Origin: an uncultured Methanosarcinales archaeon
GTDB lineage: Archaea > Nanobdellota > Nanobdellia > Woesearchaeales > ARS49
Assembly (NCBI GenBank): GCA_964637115.1
Contig: CAZWVL010000007.1
Coordinates: forward strand, 1 to 64,000
Length of the DNA stretch: 64,000 nt
Direction: 5' to 3'
This document shows, in pieces, positions 1 to 9,331 of the stretch. The position numbers were made by a program, and so were the translations under genes. How positions within the stretch are numbered: position 1 is the first letter of the stretch; every line of letters begins with the position of its first letter. Under the pieces are notes generated by a model, which was not told where the DNA came from, did no database searches, and saw nothing but the letters and a program-made list of their open reading frames with translations.

Positions 1-2
1 TG

Positions 3-83
3 CCAGTCTGGTGGATAACAACGTGGACGCTAATGACTTTTGTTATTGTGCACGTGTATATTTTGCTGAAGAAGAAACGTTAA
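3..83 (+). CDS. 3' end of a membrane protein (window-truncated)
   Basis: Frame reads PVWWITTWTLMTFVIVHVYILLKKKR*: a hydrophobic helix plus basic tail; not in the ORF track. Confidence 0.55.
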   Translation, partial: PVWWITTWTLMTFVIVHVYILLKKKR

Positions 84-352
84 AGTTGTTTCTCAATCTC
101 TTTCAAGGCGAAATCAACACCAAAGAAAACATTCGAATGGGTTGCCTGGGCGTTGACAGTATTTCCGTGCGCGACGGCTTCAATCCTGATTTCCGGATGG
201 GCAAAAGAAATGGCTAATTTTTCCAGCCCTTTCTCTGAAAACTTACGGGCATAAGTCCCGATTATCTTCTTCAGAACAATCATCGTTGCGTGGTCAATAG
301 AATCCACGCCATACAGCTCGATGTTGCCACCGAGCCGCACTCCTTCGTCCAT
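80..352 (-). CDS. Small hypothetical protein with HPF/RaiA-like pattern
   Basis: 90 aa; C-terminal half (EIRIEAVAHGNTVNAQATHSNVFFGVDFALKEIEKQL) resembles the HPF strand-strand-helix end; by-eye similarity only. Confidence 0.6.
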   Translation of the reverse strand: MDEGVRLGGNIELYGVDSIDHATMIVLKKIIGTYARKFSEKGLEKLAISFAHPEIRIEAVAHGNTVNAQATHSNVFFGVDFALKEIEKQL

Positions 353-482
353 ACACGTGATTAACCACTGTTAAGCTTTTAATTTTTTCTAAAAAAGGAT
401 ACTATTTAGTTATTACTCCATAGTAACTTCAATAGCGAAAATCTTTTAAAGGACTGCCACATTGCACGAGTGGGGAGCAATA

Positions 483-608
483 ATGATTAAGTGCCAACGA
501 TGCGGCGACGCCGTGAGATCATACAGCCCAATGCGCAAATGGTGCGTTGACTGCAGGCGAGTAGTCTCCCTCGAGCAGGCAAAAGAAAGAAAGCTTGCGC
601 TGAAGTGA
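483..608 (+). CDS. 41-aa zinc-ribbon microprotein
   Basis: MIKCQRCGDAVRSYSPMRKWCVDCRRVVSLEQAKERKLALK; two CxxC; GGGGAG SD-like motif upstream; below ORF-track cutoff. Confidence 0.7.
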   Translation: MIKCQRCGDAVRSYSPMRKWCVDCRRVVSLEQAKERKLALK

Positions 609-613
609 TTCTA

Positions 614-961
614 ATGAAAATCTACGAGCAATCTGAAGAATTTCGGAGAAGTATTGACACCGGCGCCGATATTCTTGCAGTCCCTGCAGACAGACCAGCA
701 GCACAAATCGGCAGCCGACATACGCCAGAAACATACCAAGCACTCGCATCTTTTATTGCCCAGCGCAGCGGCTGGGCAAATGCCAGTCTCGGACACTTCT
801 CAACCATAACTCTCAAGTCAGCGTTTGCGTGGTACCACGGCGACAAATCTAACATCCTTAAACAATTAACCGAACTGGCTGCAAAAGAAAAAACACGACT
901 TGATACATCGGCTTTTGGATTGACAGAATTATTACAACAAGCACGTAATTCTCAATTATAA
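614..961 (+). CDS. Hypothetical protein
   Basis: ORF track 605..961; ATG at 614 follows the microprotein stop. Confidence 0.6.
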   Translation: MKIYEQSEEFRRSIDTGADILAVPADRPAAQIGSRHTPETYQALASFIAQRSGWANASLGHFSTITLKSAFAWYHGDKSNILKQLTELAAKEKTRLDTSAFGLTELLQQARNSQL

Positions 962-1575
962 TATCCCGCTTCCACGTTATCGACCAACTTCTCCATAATC
1001 TGCTCCATTGCAGGCAATGGTTTGCCGTAATAAGGCGTGTCAAAGAAATAAATCGTCACAACAATATTCTTTTCAGGGAAAAACACATTTCCAAGCGCAG
1101 CTGTTCCCTGATAGTCATCTGTTGTATCTTCAGGATCATACTGACTACGAACAAGACGCAGGACATGATTGTGATACTCCCACTCTTTCACATCAGTATC
1201 CGGGAATGCAAACGCCTGCAAGTATAGAGACTTGAAATTATCAAAGTCAGTGTTTGCAATCTCAGCGTGCAGCTTAAACGCAGCAGGACCATCAGACCCC
1301 ATGGTGTACACAACACGCCGTCCTGCCTTGACCGGAATTGTGATATTGTCAAATTCCAAATCAAAGGGGTCGAGCGCACCGGTGAGCTCTGTGCGCCAAT
1401 AACCTTGGCCGCCGATATCACCGTAAAGCCTTATCACAAATGGTTGAAAAACAGGATCCTGCTCGTACTGCCCCCAGCCCTGCTTTTGAACAGTCCACCA
1501 GCCATAAAACAAGAATGACCCATAGCCAAGCACAATTATTCCTAACGCAATGAGAACAATCCATAACTTACGCAT
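952..1575 (-). CDS. Membrane-anchored hypothetical protein
   Basis: 207 aa with N-terminal hydrophobic helix (LWIVLIALGIIVLGYGSFLFYGWW). Confidence 0.75.
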   Translation of the reverse strand: MRKLWIVLIALGIIVLGYGSFLFYGWWTVQKQGWGQYEQDPVFQPFVIRLYGDIGGQGYWRTELTGALDPFDLEFDNITIPVKAGRRVVYTMGSDGPAAFKLHAEIANTDFDNFKSLYLQAFAFPDTDVKEWEYHNHVLRLVRSQYDPEDTTDDYQGTAALGNVFFPEKNIVVTIYFFDTPYYGKPLPAMEQIMEKLVDNVEAGYYN

Positions 1576-1627
1576 ACACTGTAATTCTCGGTAATCTTTA
1601 AAAACCTTATGCTACCGACCATCTGTT

Positions 1628-2869
1628 ATGAAAGTACACGTCAAATCATATGGCTGCTCAGCAAATATGGCAGAAGGAGAGCAGATAAAAGGCCAGTTCA
1701 CTGAATTAGCTGAAGAAAAAGATGCTGACCTTGTAGTTCTTAACATTTGCACAGTCAAAGGGGACAAGAACGCGCTTGATGAAATTAAAGAAATCAAGAA
1801 GCAATACCCGAACAAAAAAATCGCGATTGCCGGCTGCATCACGCCAAGCATAGTGCAGCCGATAAAGCTAATTGATCCTGAGGCAATTCTGGTAAATACG
1901 CATCATATTGACAACATTTCTATGTTGGTTAATACCAAGACAGATGCATTAACGCACGCAAAACCGATAAAATTATTGCAGCCGCGTGTAAGAATGAATC
2001 CAGTTGTAGGCATAGTGCCGATAAGCTCTGGCTGCCTTGATGCGTGCGCATTCTGCAGCACAAGATTAGTCAAGGGAGTATTGTTCAGCTTCCCGCCAGA
2101 AATTATTGTCAAAGAAGTCGAGAAATGCGTGGCAGATGGATGCAAGGAGATTTGGATTACAGGCCAAGACACGTGCTGCTATGGATTTGACAGAAGCACT
2201 AATTTGGCAAAACTTTTACAGCAGGTTGTTGCAGTCCAAGGAGATTTCAAAGTAAGAGTAGGAATGGGAAATCCAAGACATATTCCAAAGTACCTCAATG
2301 AACTTGTTGAAATAATGAAACACCCAAAAATATTCAAATTCTTACACATTCCAGTGCAAGCTGGCAACAATGAAGTGCTGAAAGCAATGAAAAGAGGGCA
2401 TACAGTTGAAACTTTTGCGGATATAATAACGGCCGTGAGAAAGGAAGTTCCTGAAATGACAATAAGCACAGACATTATCGTCGGATATCCAACTGAGACT
2501 GAGAAACAGTTTGAAGATACACTAAAATTAGTTGAAAAAGTGAAGCCGGATGTCATCAATATTGCCAGATTTGCGCCAAGGCCGGGAACAACAGCAGCAA
2601 CAATGCAAGGACAAGTGCACGGCAACATCAAAAAGGAAAGAAGCAGACAATTGACAGAACTTCACAAAAAAATCTCACTTGAAAGAAACAAACAATGGCT
2701 AGGATGGCAGGGAGAGGTAATTGTTGACGGAAAAGCAAAAGACGGAGTTTCAGCAAGAAATTACGCATACAAGACAATCATCATAAGAAAGGACATTCCA
2801 CTCGGAACAATCTTGAAAGTCAAGATAACGGAAGCGAGAAATTTTTTCTTGGTTGGAACTATAAATTGA
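1628..2869 (+). CDS. tRNA methylthiotransferase (MiaB-like, archaeal MtaB/CDKAL1 type)
   Basis: UPF0004 N-domain (SYGCSAN, NICTVK, IAGC), radical-SAM CLDACAFC, C-terminal TRAM domain. Confidence 0.93.
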   Translation: MKVHVKSYGCSANMAEGEQIKGQFTELAEEKDADLVVLNICTVKGDKNALDEIKEIKKQYPNKKIAIAGCITPSIVQPIKLIDPEAILVNTHHIDNISMLVNTKTDALTHAKPIKLLQPRVRMNPVVGIVPISSGCLDACAFCSTRLVKGVLFSFPPEIIVKEVEKCVADGCKEIWITGQDTCCYGFDRSTNLAKLLQQVVAVQGDFKVRVGMGNPRHIPKYLNELVEIMKHPKIFKFLHIPVQAGNNEVLKAMKRGHTVETFADIITAVRKEVPEMTISTDIIVGYPTETEKQFEDTLKLVEKVKPDVINIARFAPRPGTTAATMQGQVHGNIKKERSRQLTELHKKISLERNKQWLGWQGEVIVDGKAKDGVSARNYAYKTIIIRKDIPLGTILKVKITEARNFFLVGTIN

Positions 2870-2879
2870 ATTGCAAAGT

Positions 2880-3587
2880 TTACGACTTATTGTAAATCTG
2901 GACGAATGTGCCAAGATCTTTATCCATTCGTTCGTCAAGTGGCCAGATTTTATGTTCAGCGGTTTTTACGAAACCGCAATCAGCGAACTGCTTTTCGGCA
3001 AATGACTTGGAAACCTTGAATTCTTCATCATCGCTTCGTGCAGTTTGGTCAAGGAATTCTTTGAGTCCAGGAATAGTTCTTTCTTTAGGTATTGCTTTGA
3101 AGAGTTCTCGGTAATAGGTAAGGCAGTCTTGTTTTGTAGGAAGATAAATTTCTGCGAGGATCAGGGCGCCATTCGACTTGAGTCCGTCACAGACTTTTTG
3201 AACGAAAATATGCTTTGAGCGATCTGGTATGTGGTGATAGGCAAAAATGCTCAAAACCAGATCATATTCTTGTTCGAGATTCACGTCAAGAATATTTTGG
3301 CAGCGAAAATCAAGTTCCTTTGCTTGAATTCCGGCTTTCCTTGCCTTGCCAAGAAAGCCTGGATTTTTGTCGATGAGTGTTGCCTTTGTAATGCCGCCCA
3401 ATTCCTTAGCAAGACTATCAGTATTGCTACCCACTCCACAGCAAAAGTCTGCCAAAGAAACTTTTTGCTTACCTATAACATGATTCTTTGCCAAGCTGAG
3501 CGCCATCTCAATGGCTTTAGGATAATCAGGCCTGCATTGCTGATAAGCCAAGTACTTGTCCGGTTGTGTGTATGCTTTGATTGTCAT
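2880..3587 (-). CDS. Class I SAM-dependent methyltransferase
   Basis: ADFCCGVG motif I, YDLVLSIFAYHH, LKSNGALILAE. Confidence 0.85.
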   Translation of the reverse strand: MTIKAYTQPDKYLAYQQCRPDYPKAIEMALSLAKNHVIGKQKVSLADFCCGVGSNTDSLAKELGGITKATLIDKNPGFLGKARKAGIQAKELDFRCQNILDVNLEQEYDLVLSIFAYHHIPDRSKHIFVQKVCDGLKSNGALILAEIYLPTKQDCLTYYRELFKAIPKERTIPGLKEFLDQTARSDDEEFKVSKSFAEKQFADCGFVKTAEHKIWPLDERMDKDLGTFVQIYNKS

Positions 3588-3638
3588 AGTGTTTATCGTG
3601 CATCATTTGAACTTTTTTCGCGTGCATTGTTTTTGGTT

Positions 3639-4454
3639 TTATCCTTTGATGTATGAACTTGCTGAGTCGCTATCAGCAATGCTGATAGCAATGCCATCCT
3701 TTTTCAGCAACCGCATCCAGTGGTCGAGAGGTGGAAGTGGATACTTTTCTTTCAAATAACAATATTCGTTTCCATCTAACTTCCGTGTGTCCTTCATCCC
3801 TTGAGTTTCCGGCAAGCGGCGCAATTCATTACCCCAGTCGTGTTTACTCAACACGATAAGGTCCAACTGGCCTCCAGTTTTCTTAAGAATTGTCTCTAGC
3901 GTTTGAGGATTCCGCAGGTTAGCCTCGATATGGTATTTTTCTTCATTTTTGCGTGCCTTCTGGTAGAATGGCTTTAATGCCCAGTACATTTTTTTCGCGG
4001 ATTCGACGCCAACGGTATAGACTTCTGCGCCCAATTCACGCGCGACGCGTGCAAAAATTGGACCTCGAAAACAAGACTCAGTATACTGGTTAACTTCATC
4101 CAAATCAAGTATTTTCAGGCCCTTGAATACTTTGGCGTCGGCCAGCGACTTGCAATAGACCTTGGAGTTTTCAGGTGTGATATTTTGTCTTTCCAGGTTC
4201 AGAACCAACGGGTGCTGCGACAATGCAAGTGTGTACACTAGCTTCGTTGCCTCGTAGTGATAAGCGTGAGTCTCGTGATTGATTCTGTCGCGAATTGGGC
4301 AGCATTCGCCAGTATACTCTATAAAGCCCGGCAAAGAACAACCCCCGCCGAGACCGTGGGAGTAGTCCTTGTCTTTTACAAGCAGAGTATTTACGTTGTC
4401 AAGAGTTTTCATTACATTTTCAGGGAATTCATATGGCTTAATTTGTGGCTGCAT
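3639..4454 (-). CDS. Hypothetical protein, possibly degenerate methyltransferase fold
   Basis: GLKILDL...FARVARELGAEVY...LDLIV pattern without the GxG motif; start chosen at MQPQIK (upstream alternatives exist). Confidence 0.6.
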   Translation of the reverse strand: MQPQIKPYEFPENVMKTLDNVNTLLVKDKDYSHGLGGGCSLPGFIEYTGECCPIRDRINHETHAYHYEATKLVYTLALSQHPLVLNLERQNITPENSKVYCKSLADAKVFKGLKILDLDEVNQYTESCFRGPIFARVARELGAEVYTVGVESAKKMYWALKPFYQKARKNEEKYHIEANLRNPQTLETILKKTGGQLDLIVLSKHDWGNELRRLPETQGMKDTRKLDGNEYCYLKEKYPLPPLDHWMRLLKKDGIAISIADSDSASSYIKG

Positions 4455-4604
4455 TGTACTACCGCCTTCCTTCTCAGATAATGCTTCTTTGTTTCGTTTC
4501 ATTTTCCATCTCCAATCGCCGATATGCGATGCATATGTCACTTAGAAGTGGTAGCTTAATAATATAATTTTACCCGTATAGGTACGGGGTTTATTCGTAA
4601 GAAC

Positions 4605-5252
4605 TCACAAATACGAAGGCATGAGCTTCTCTTCAGCTCTTCGCAAATGCTCCTGAAATGTAGAAACAGCGACTTTCATGAGTTTGGCAAGTTCTTGCAG
4701 TTCGATCTTTCGAGGGTATTTGTAGTACCCTTGCTGGACAGCCAGCTGGAAGGCTTCGTGCTGCCGCTCGCTCAACTTCGGCACAACCTTGGGATACTGT
4801 ATCATGTCAAGCTTGGTATTTTGGAAACTCTGAACGACCACTTCCATCTTCCCGCTTTGCTGCATTCCCCTGAGGAAAGACATTAGCACTTCCTTCTCCC
4901 ACGAGGCAAACTCACAAAATTCATACCCTTCAGGAGAAGCATAAACCGGCTTGACAGCAAACATCTTCGGAGTATAGTGCGCCGTAATCAAGTCTTCGGT
5001 CTTTCGCCTTTGGACCAGAAAGACCGTATTCCCAGATACTTCCATCCGGATAATTTCAGGATCACGTTTCAGATCGGCAAGAAAGCGTTTGACGATTTTT
5101 GTTGGACCCACAAGCGTATGAATATGAGAAGTGTACGAATATCCCTTTTCGTGCCAATTGCTGATAGGCATAGAAATGCTGGCACACTTGAATTTCCGGC
5201 AGCGATTGCCGATAACGCAGTTGTGCACAATACGGACACGCAGGATCCACAT
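4605..5252 (-). CDS. Transcriptional regulator with C-terminal HTH_10 (bacterio-opsin activator type) domain
   Basis: LSERQHEAFQLAVQQGYYKYPRKIELQELAKLMKVAVSTFQEHLRRAEEKL. Confidence 0.9.
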   Translation of the reverse strand: MWILRVRIVHNCVIGNRCRKFKCASISMPISNWHEKGYSYTSHIHTLVGPTKIVKRFLADLKRDPEIIRMEVSGNTVFLVQRRKTEDLITAHYTPKMFAVKPVYASPEGYEFCEFASWEKEVLMSFLRGMQQSGKMEVVVQSFQNTKLDMIQYPKVVPKLSERQHEAFQLAVQQGYYKYPRKIELQELAKLMKVAVSTFQEHLRRAEEKLMPSYL

Positions 5253-5310
5253 GCATTATAGGGGCCTTTAGGAGTTTATATAATTAGCGAGAAACTTCTT
5301 CCTGATAGGC

Positions 5311-6183
5311 TCACCACATTAAATTTCTCAGCCACTTTGAAACAACAGCCTCGGTTTCCTCTTCCTTCAAACAAAAGCAGTGGTCGGCTTTTGGTATCAA
5401 TGCAGTCTTTGAATAAGGATTCTGAAACTTGCCTGACAAAATTTTCAGCATCCTTCTGGGCGACATAGCTGCAAATTCTTCCTTGCCGCCAAAAATGGCA
5501 AGCATCGGAATCTTGATTTTGGAAACTGAACTCATCCTTCCTTCGTAATTGAACAGTTCGCCCTCAACACTTCCAGGACGATACAAGTCATAATAACGCC
5601 TTGCACTGAAATAAGACGGCTCTGCTTGCGGCGACATTAATTCTCTGCCCTTACCACTTCGGACTAACTTACGGGCAATCTGCAATTTCTCCTTGAACTT
5701 CTTCGGACCAAGCATCTTAATCTGCCAATTATAATCATCAGCAGGACCCAGGAAGATTAGCCCTCTCACAGAACGCGGATTCTTACGATACTGATAATAA
5801 GCAATCTTCTGACAGCCAGTACTTTGCCCGGAAAGAATAAAATTCTTATAGCCCCTCTCGCGCAGCATTTTCAAAGCTGCATCAATGTCTAACACGCAAT
5901 CCTTGAAATTCTCAAACGACGTGCCTATTGTTCTAAAAGTCAAGTGCTGCTTCAGCTTTGAAAAAACAGTAATCGTTCCATGCCCGCGATTGTTAAAAGA
6001 GAAAAAAGACATCTCATTCCTAAAGGCAGCGTGCATCAAATTATCAACCAGCCACAACCCGTAAAAATTGTCAGTCATACCGTGCACGTGCACAAGACAG
6101 GTCTTTGAACGAGTTGGAGCGCATAACATACCTTCCAACTCCAGCTTGTCAGCCGCTTCAAAACTAATAAGTTCTCCCTGCAT
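5311..6183 (-). CDS. Alpha/beta hydrolase (DUF1749-like)
   Basis: HVHGMTDNF, nucleophile elbow GQSTG, ADH near C-terminus; ATG start at 6183. Confidence 0.8.
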   Translation of the reverse strand: MQGELISFEAADKLELEGMLCAPTRSKTCLVHVHGMTDNFYGLWLVDNLMHAAFRNEMSFFSFNNRGHGTITVFSKLKQHLTFRTIGTSFENFKDCVLDIDAALKMLRERGYKNFILSGQSTGCQKIAYYQYRKNPRSVRGLIFLGPADDYNWQIKMLGPKKFKEKLQIARKLVRSGKGRELMSPQAEPSYFSARRYYDLYRPGSVEGELFNYEGRMSSVSKIKIPMLAIFGGKEEFAAMSPRRMLKILSGKFQNPYSKTALIPKADHCFCLKEEETEAVVSKWLRNLMW

Positions 6184-6197
6184 CCTCGTATAAGTTG

Positions 6198-7478
6198 TCA
6201 CGACAAATACCCCCACGTATGCAATCTATCAGAGTCAGCGAACCAGCGCATGCCAATGTCTGTACGGTAAAACATATTAGGAATCATAATGTTTTCAACT
6301 CTTTGATAAGTCTGCTTTCTTGCATCTTCCATTGTTTGACCATGACCAGTCACGACCAGACAATAGCCAGAATAGCCGGCAAGATTCCAATCACCATCAA
6401 CTAACTTGATATCACCCAAATGCACGCCATCGGTGTTTGGCTTCTTGAACAACACTGTTGCGTCCTCGGCATACTTCTTGAACGCAGCCATATCGTAGAA
6501 AGGAAAAGGAGGACAGGCAACAACAATGCCCACTTGAAATCCTTTCTTGGTTTTCAAGTCATAAGGTTTGTGATTGGCAAGCGCGTGCAAGAACTCTCCC
6601 CACGGAGAAAGAATGCCTTCCATCTGGATACTAACAGTCGGATAACCGAATCTGCTCGTGAATTCCAACGGGTGAATGCCCTTGCTATTTACGATGCAGT
6701 TAATATCGATATAACCAACATAATTTGCCTGTTGGAGAGCAGGTTTCATTTTTGCCAGAGTTTCAGTAAAAATCCTGTTTGTAGAAGTCCAATACATATG
6801 AGTGCCCATCTCTCCTGTGGAAGGACCGATATCGCCTGGAAACATCCTCTTGTTCTCAAAATTGACATTTATCGGAGTGATGAAATCAACTCCGTTGAAA
6901 AAGGCGCCAACAGCAACTTCAACACCAGCAACATATTTCTGAATCTGGAAATACTTGATTTTCTTCGACCATTCTTTCTTGTAATGTTCTAAAAGCTGGA
7001 TGACGTCTATGCCGTCTTCTTCCTGGCCGACAAACAACAGTTCTTTTTCTCCAGTCTTTGAAGTCGGCTTGAGAACGTATCTGCCAGGAGTCTTCTGCAC
7101 GAATTTTATCGCCTCATCAAAATCAGTAAAGTCCCAATGAGGAAGAACGTTAATGCCTACTTTCTTAAGCTCGTCCTGGCCAAACTCGCGGTCTTCCTCC
7201 AATCTATCCGTGTAAACAGAGCCGCCGACAACAGCTTTGCCATCTTTTCTTAACTTGTCAGCATCCTCGCCATAGAAAACGTCATCAAACACTATAACAT
7301 CAGCCCAATCCTTCAAAGCTTTCCAGTCCTCGCACTTGTCAACAAAACCATTACAAATATCTCGACTGGCCTTTTCTCCAATGAAATACTTGACCTCGTG
7401 GCCCTCCTTCTTCACCTGCCACGCAAGATCGCCAATGAGCGCCTCCTCAGAAACGAATAAAAACTTCCTCTTTTCCAT
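6198..7478 (-). CDS. Phosphoribosylamine-glycine ligase-like ATP-grasp enzyme
   Basis: LEEDREFG, YVLKP, GDIGPSTGEMG, LEFTSRFGYP, FYRTDIG. Confidence 0.8.
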   Translation of the reverse strand: MEKRKFLFVSEEALIGDLAWQVKKEGHEVKYFIGEKASRDICNGFVDKCEDWKALKDWADVIVFDDVFYGEDADKLRKDGKAVVGGSVYTDRLEEDREFGQDELKKVGINVLPHWDFTDFDEAIKFVQKTPGRYVLKPTSKTGEKELLFVGQEEDGIDVIQLLEHYKKEWSKKIKYFQIQKYVAGVEVAVGAFFNGVDFITPINVNFENKRMFPGDIGPSTGEMGTHMYWTSTNRIFTETLAKMKPALQQANYVGYIDINCIVNSKGIHPLEFTSRFGYPTVSIQMEGILSPWGEFLHALANHKPYDLKTKKGFQVGIVVACPPFPFYDMAAFKKYAEDATVLFKKPNTDGVHLGDIKLVDGDWNLAGYSGYCLVVTGHGQTMEDARKQTYQRVENIMIPNMFYRTDIGMRWFADSDRLHTWGYLS

Positions 7479-7570
7479 TGTCGCAAGTTATTACCATTTG
7501 ATATTTAAAACTTCTTAAGACAAAACTTTTTTATATACAGACGCAGAAGAAAAAGCAAAAAGGTGATAAA

Positions 7571-7975
7571 ATGCCAAAAAAACTAGACACGGGCGATTAC
7601 AAAAAGATTTCACACGCAGATTTTGAAAAATTGCAGTTGAGGGTTGGAACAATAACAGACATAAAAAAACACCCGAAAAATCCAAAAGACTACATAATCA
7701 TAGTCGATTGCGCAGCATCAGATGAAGACATCCAAGTGGTGGCAGCACTTGCAGAAAGCTACAAAATGGAAGAACTTCTTGGAAAACAAGTAGCAGTATT
7801 GTGCAATATTGAGCCTGAAAGTGTCGGAGGGATAGAGAGCTGCGGAATGCTATTATGCACGCACATAGGAAAGAAAAAAATTCTTTTAACAACTGACAAA
7901 AAAACTCCTCCGGGAACTGAAATATCAGGCATTATGGATGGAGAATGCGTCCACTTCAGCGAGAGAGACCATTAA
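7571..7975 (+). CDS. tRNA-binding OB-fold protein (CsaA / MetRS C-terminal-like)
   Basis: LQLRVGTI, LLGKQVAVLCNI, GIESCGMLL, PPGTEI. Confidence 0.85.
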   Translation: MPKKLDTGDYKKISHADFEKLQLRVGTITDIKKHPKNPKDYIIIVDCAASDEDIQVVAALAESYKMEELLGKQVAVLCNIEPESVGGIESCGMLLCTHIGKKKILLTTDKKTPPGTEISGIMDGECVHFSERDH

Positions 7976-9285
7976 TGAGCATTTTCCACTCATACGACGT
8001 AAGAGCAAAGTATCCTTCAGAGATAAATGAAGACATAGTATACAGAATCGGACGAGCGACTGCAGTGTTCCTAAAATCAAAGAAAATTCTCGTCGGCAGG
8101 GACTGCAGGACAAGCAGTTTGTCATTAAAAAAATCACTCGTGTATGGAATAACGGACCAGGGATGCGACGTGGTAGACACGGGCTACTGCAACACCCCAA
8201 TGTGCTACTACGCCGCACAGAAAATGGATGCGATAATGGTCACGGCATCACACAATCCTCCGGAATACAACGGCCTCAAAACCTGCAAGAAAGGCGTCAT
8301 AAAAATAGGAATGAACAGCGGATCAAGAGAAATAGAGAAAAACAGCAACGCATGCCACTTCAAGGAGCCCAAAAAAAGAGGAAAAGTAACTGCACAAAAC
8401 ATTCTTCCGGCTTATGTCAAGGACGTGAGAAAGATCATTGAAGGCAAGTTCAAGCCGCTCAAAGTCTTAATTGACTGCGGCAACGGAATGGCAGCATACG
8501 TTGCCCCTGCGCTATTCAAAGGATTGCCTCTCAAAATAAAGCTGTTATACGGCGAGATGGACGGAACATTTCCCAATCATGTTGCAAATCCACTAATCGC
8601 GGAGAATACTGCTGACTTACAGAGAGAAGTGGTTGAGGGAAATTATGATATTGGCGTTGCATATGACGCGGATTGCGACAGGATGTTTTTCATAGACGAA
8701 AAAGGCAGACGAGTGCATTCAGACAGAGTATTGGCGTGCTTTGCGGATAAACTTCTGAAAAAAGGACAATCAGTTTCCTATGCAGTCAACATGGGCAAGA
8801 TAGTAAAGGAAACAGCCGAGTCAAAAGGCTGCAAGGCATACCCGAGCAAAATTGGACATACGGAAGTGCCATTAATAATGCGAAAACACAAATCTGCATT
8901 AGGAGGAGAGGTAAGCGGGCACTATTACTACCAGAAATTCCACTATGCAGACTCAGGAGACATCACAGCACTGCAAATGCTAAGCATTCTCTCACAGTCA
9001 GGCAAAAAGATGAGCGAGCTGATCAAGCTATACGACAAATATGCAACAAGCGAAGAAATAAATTACAAAGTCAAGAACAAAATGGAAGTCCTGAAGAGAA
9101 TTGAAGAAAGTTACAAAAAGCAGATAACAATGAGGATTGATGGCTTGAACGTTGATGCAGGAGACTACTGGTTCAACTTCCGGCTCAGCAACACGGAGAA
9201 TTTAGTAAGATTGAATTGCGAGGCAGTCGATCAGAAAAAACTGCGACAGGCAATCGAATGGATTTCTCAGATAATACTAAGGTAA
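7975..9285 (+). CDS. Phosphomannomutase/phosphoglucomutase
   Basis: VTASHNP phosphoserine loop, DADCDR metal loop, GGEVSGH, RLSNTE; TAATG overlap with upstream gene. Confidence 0.93.
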   Translation: MSIFHSYDVRAKYPSEINEDIVYRIGRATAVFLKSKKILVGRDCRTSSLSLKKSLVYGITDQGCDVVDTGYCNTPMCYYAAQKMDAIMVTASHNPPEYNGLKTCKKGVIKIGMNSGSREIEKNSNACHFKEPKKRGKVTAQNILPAYVKDVRKIIEGKFKPLKVLIDCGNGMAAYVAPALFKGLPLKIKLLYGEMDGTFPNHVANPLIAENTADLQREVVEGNYDIGVAYDADCDRMFFIDEKGRRVHSDRVLACFADKLLKKGQSVSYAVNMGKIVKETAESKGCKAYPSKIGHTEVPLIMRKHKSALGGEVSGHYYYQKFHYADSGDITALQMLSILSQSGKKMSELIKLYDKYATSEEINYKVKNKMEVLKRIEESYKKQITMRIDGLNVDAGDYWFNFRLSNTENLVRLNCEAVDQKKLRQAIEWISQIILR

Positions 9286-9288
9286 ACA

Positions 9289-9296
9289 TTTATAAT
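9289..9296 (+). promoter_or_regulatory. Archaeal TATA box upstream of the GGDEF gene
   Basis: AAACA-TTTATAAT, matching the motif seen before several genes in this window. Confidence 0.55.
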
Positions 9297-9331
9297 ATCA
9301 AGAAGTAAAAAACCACTACAAAGAGGAACCC

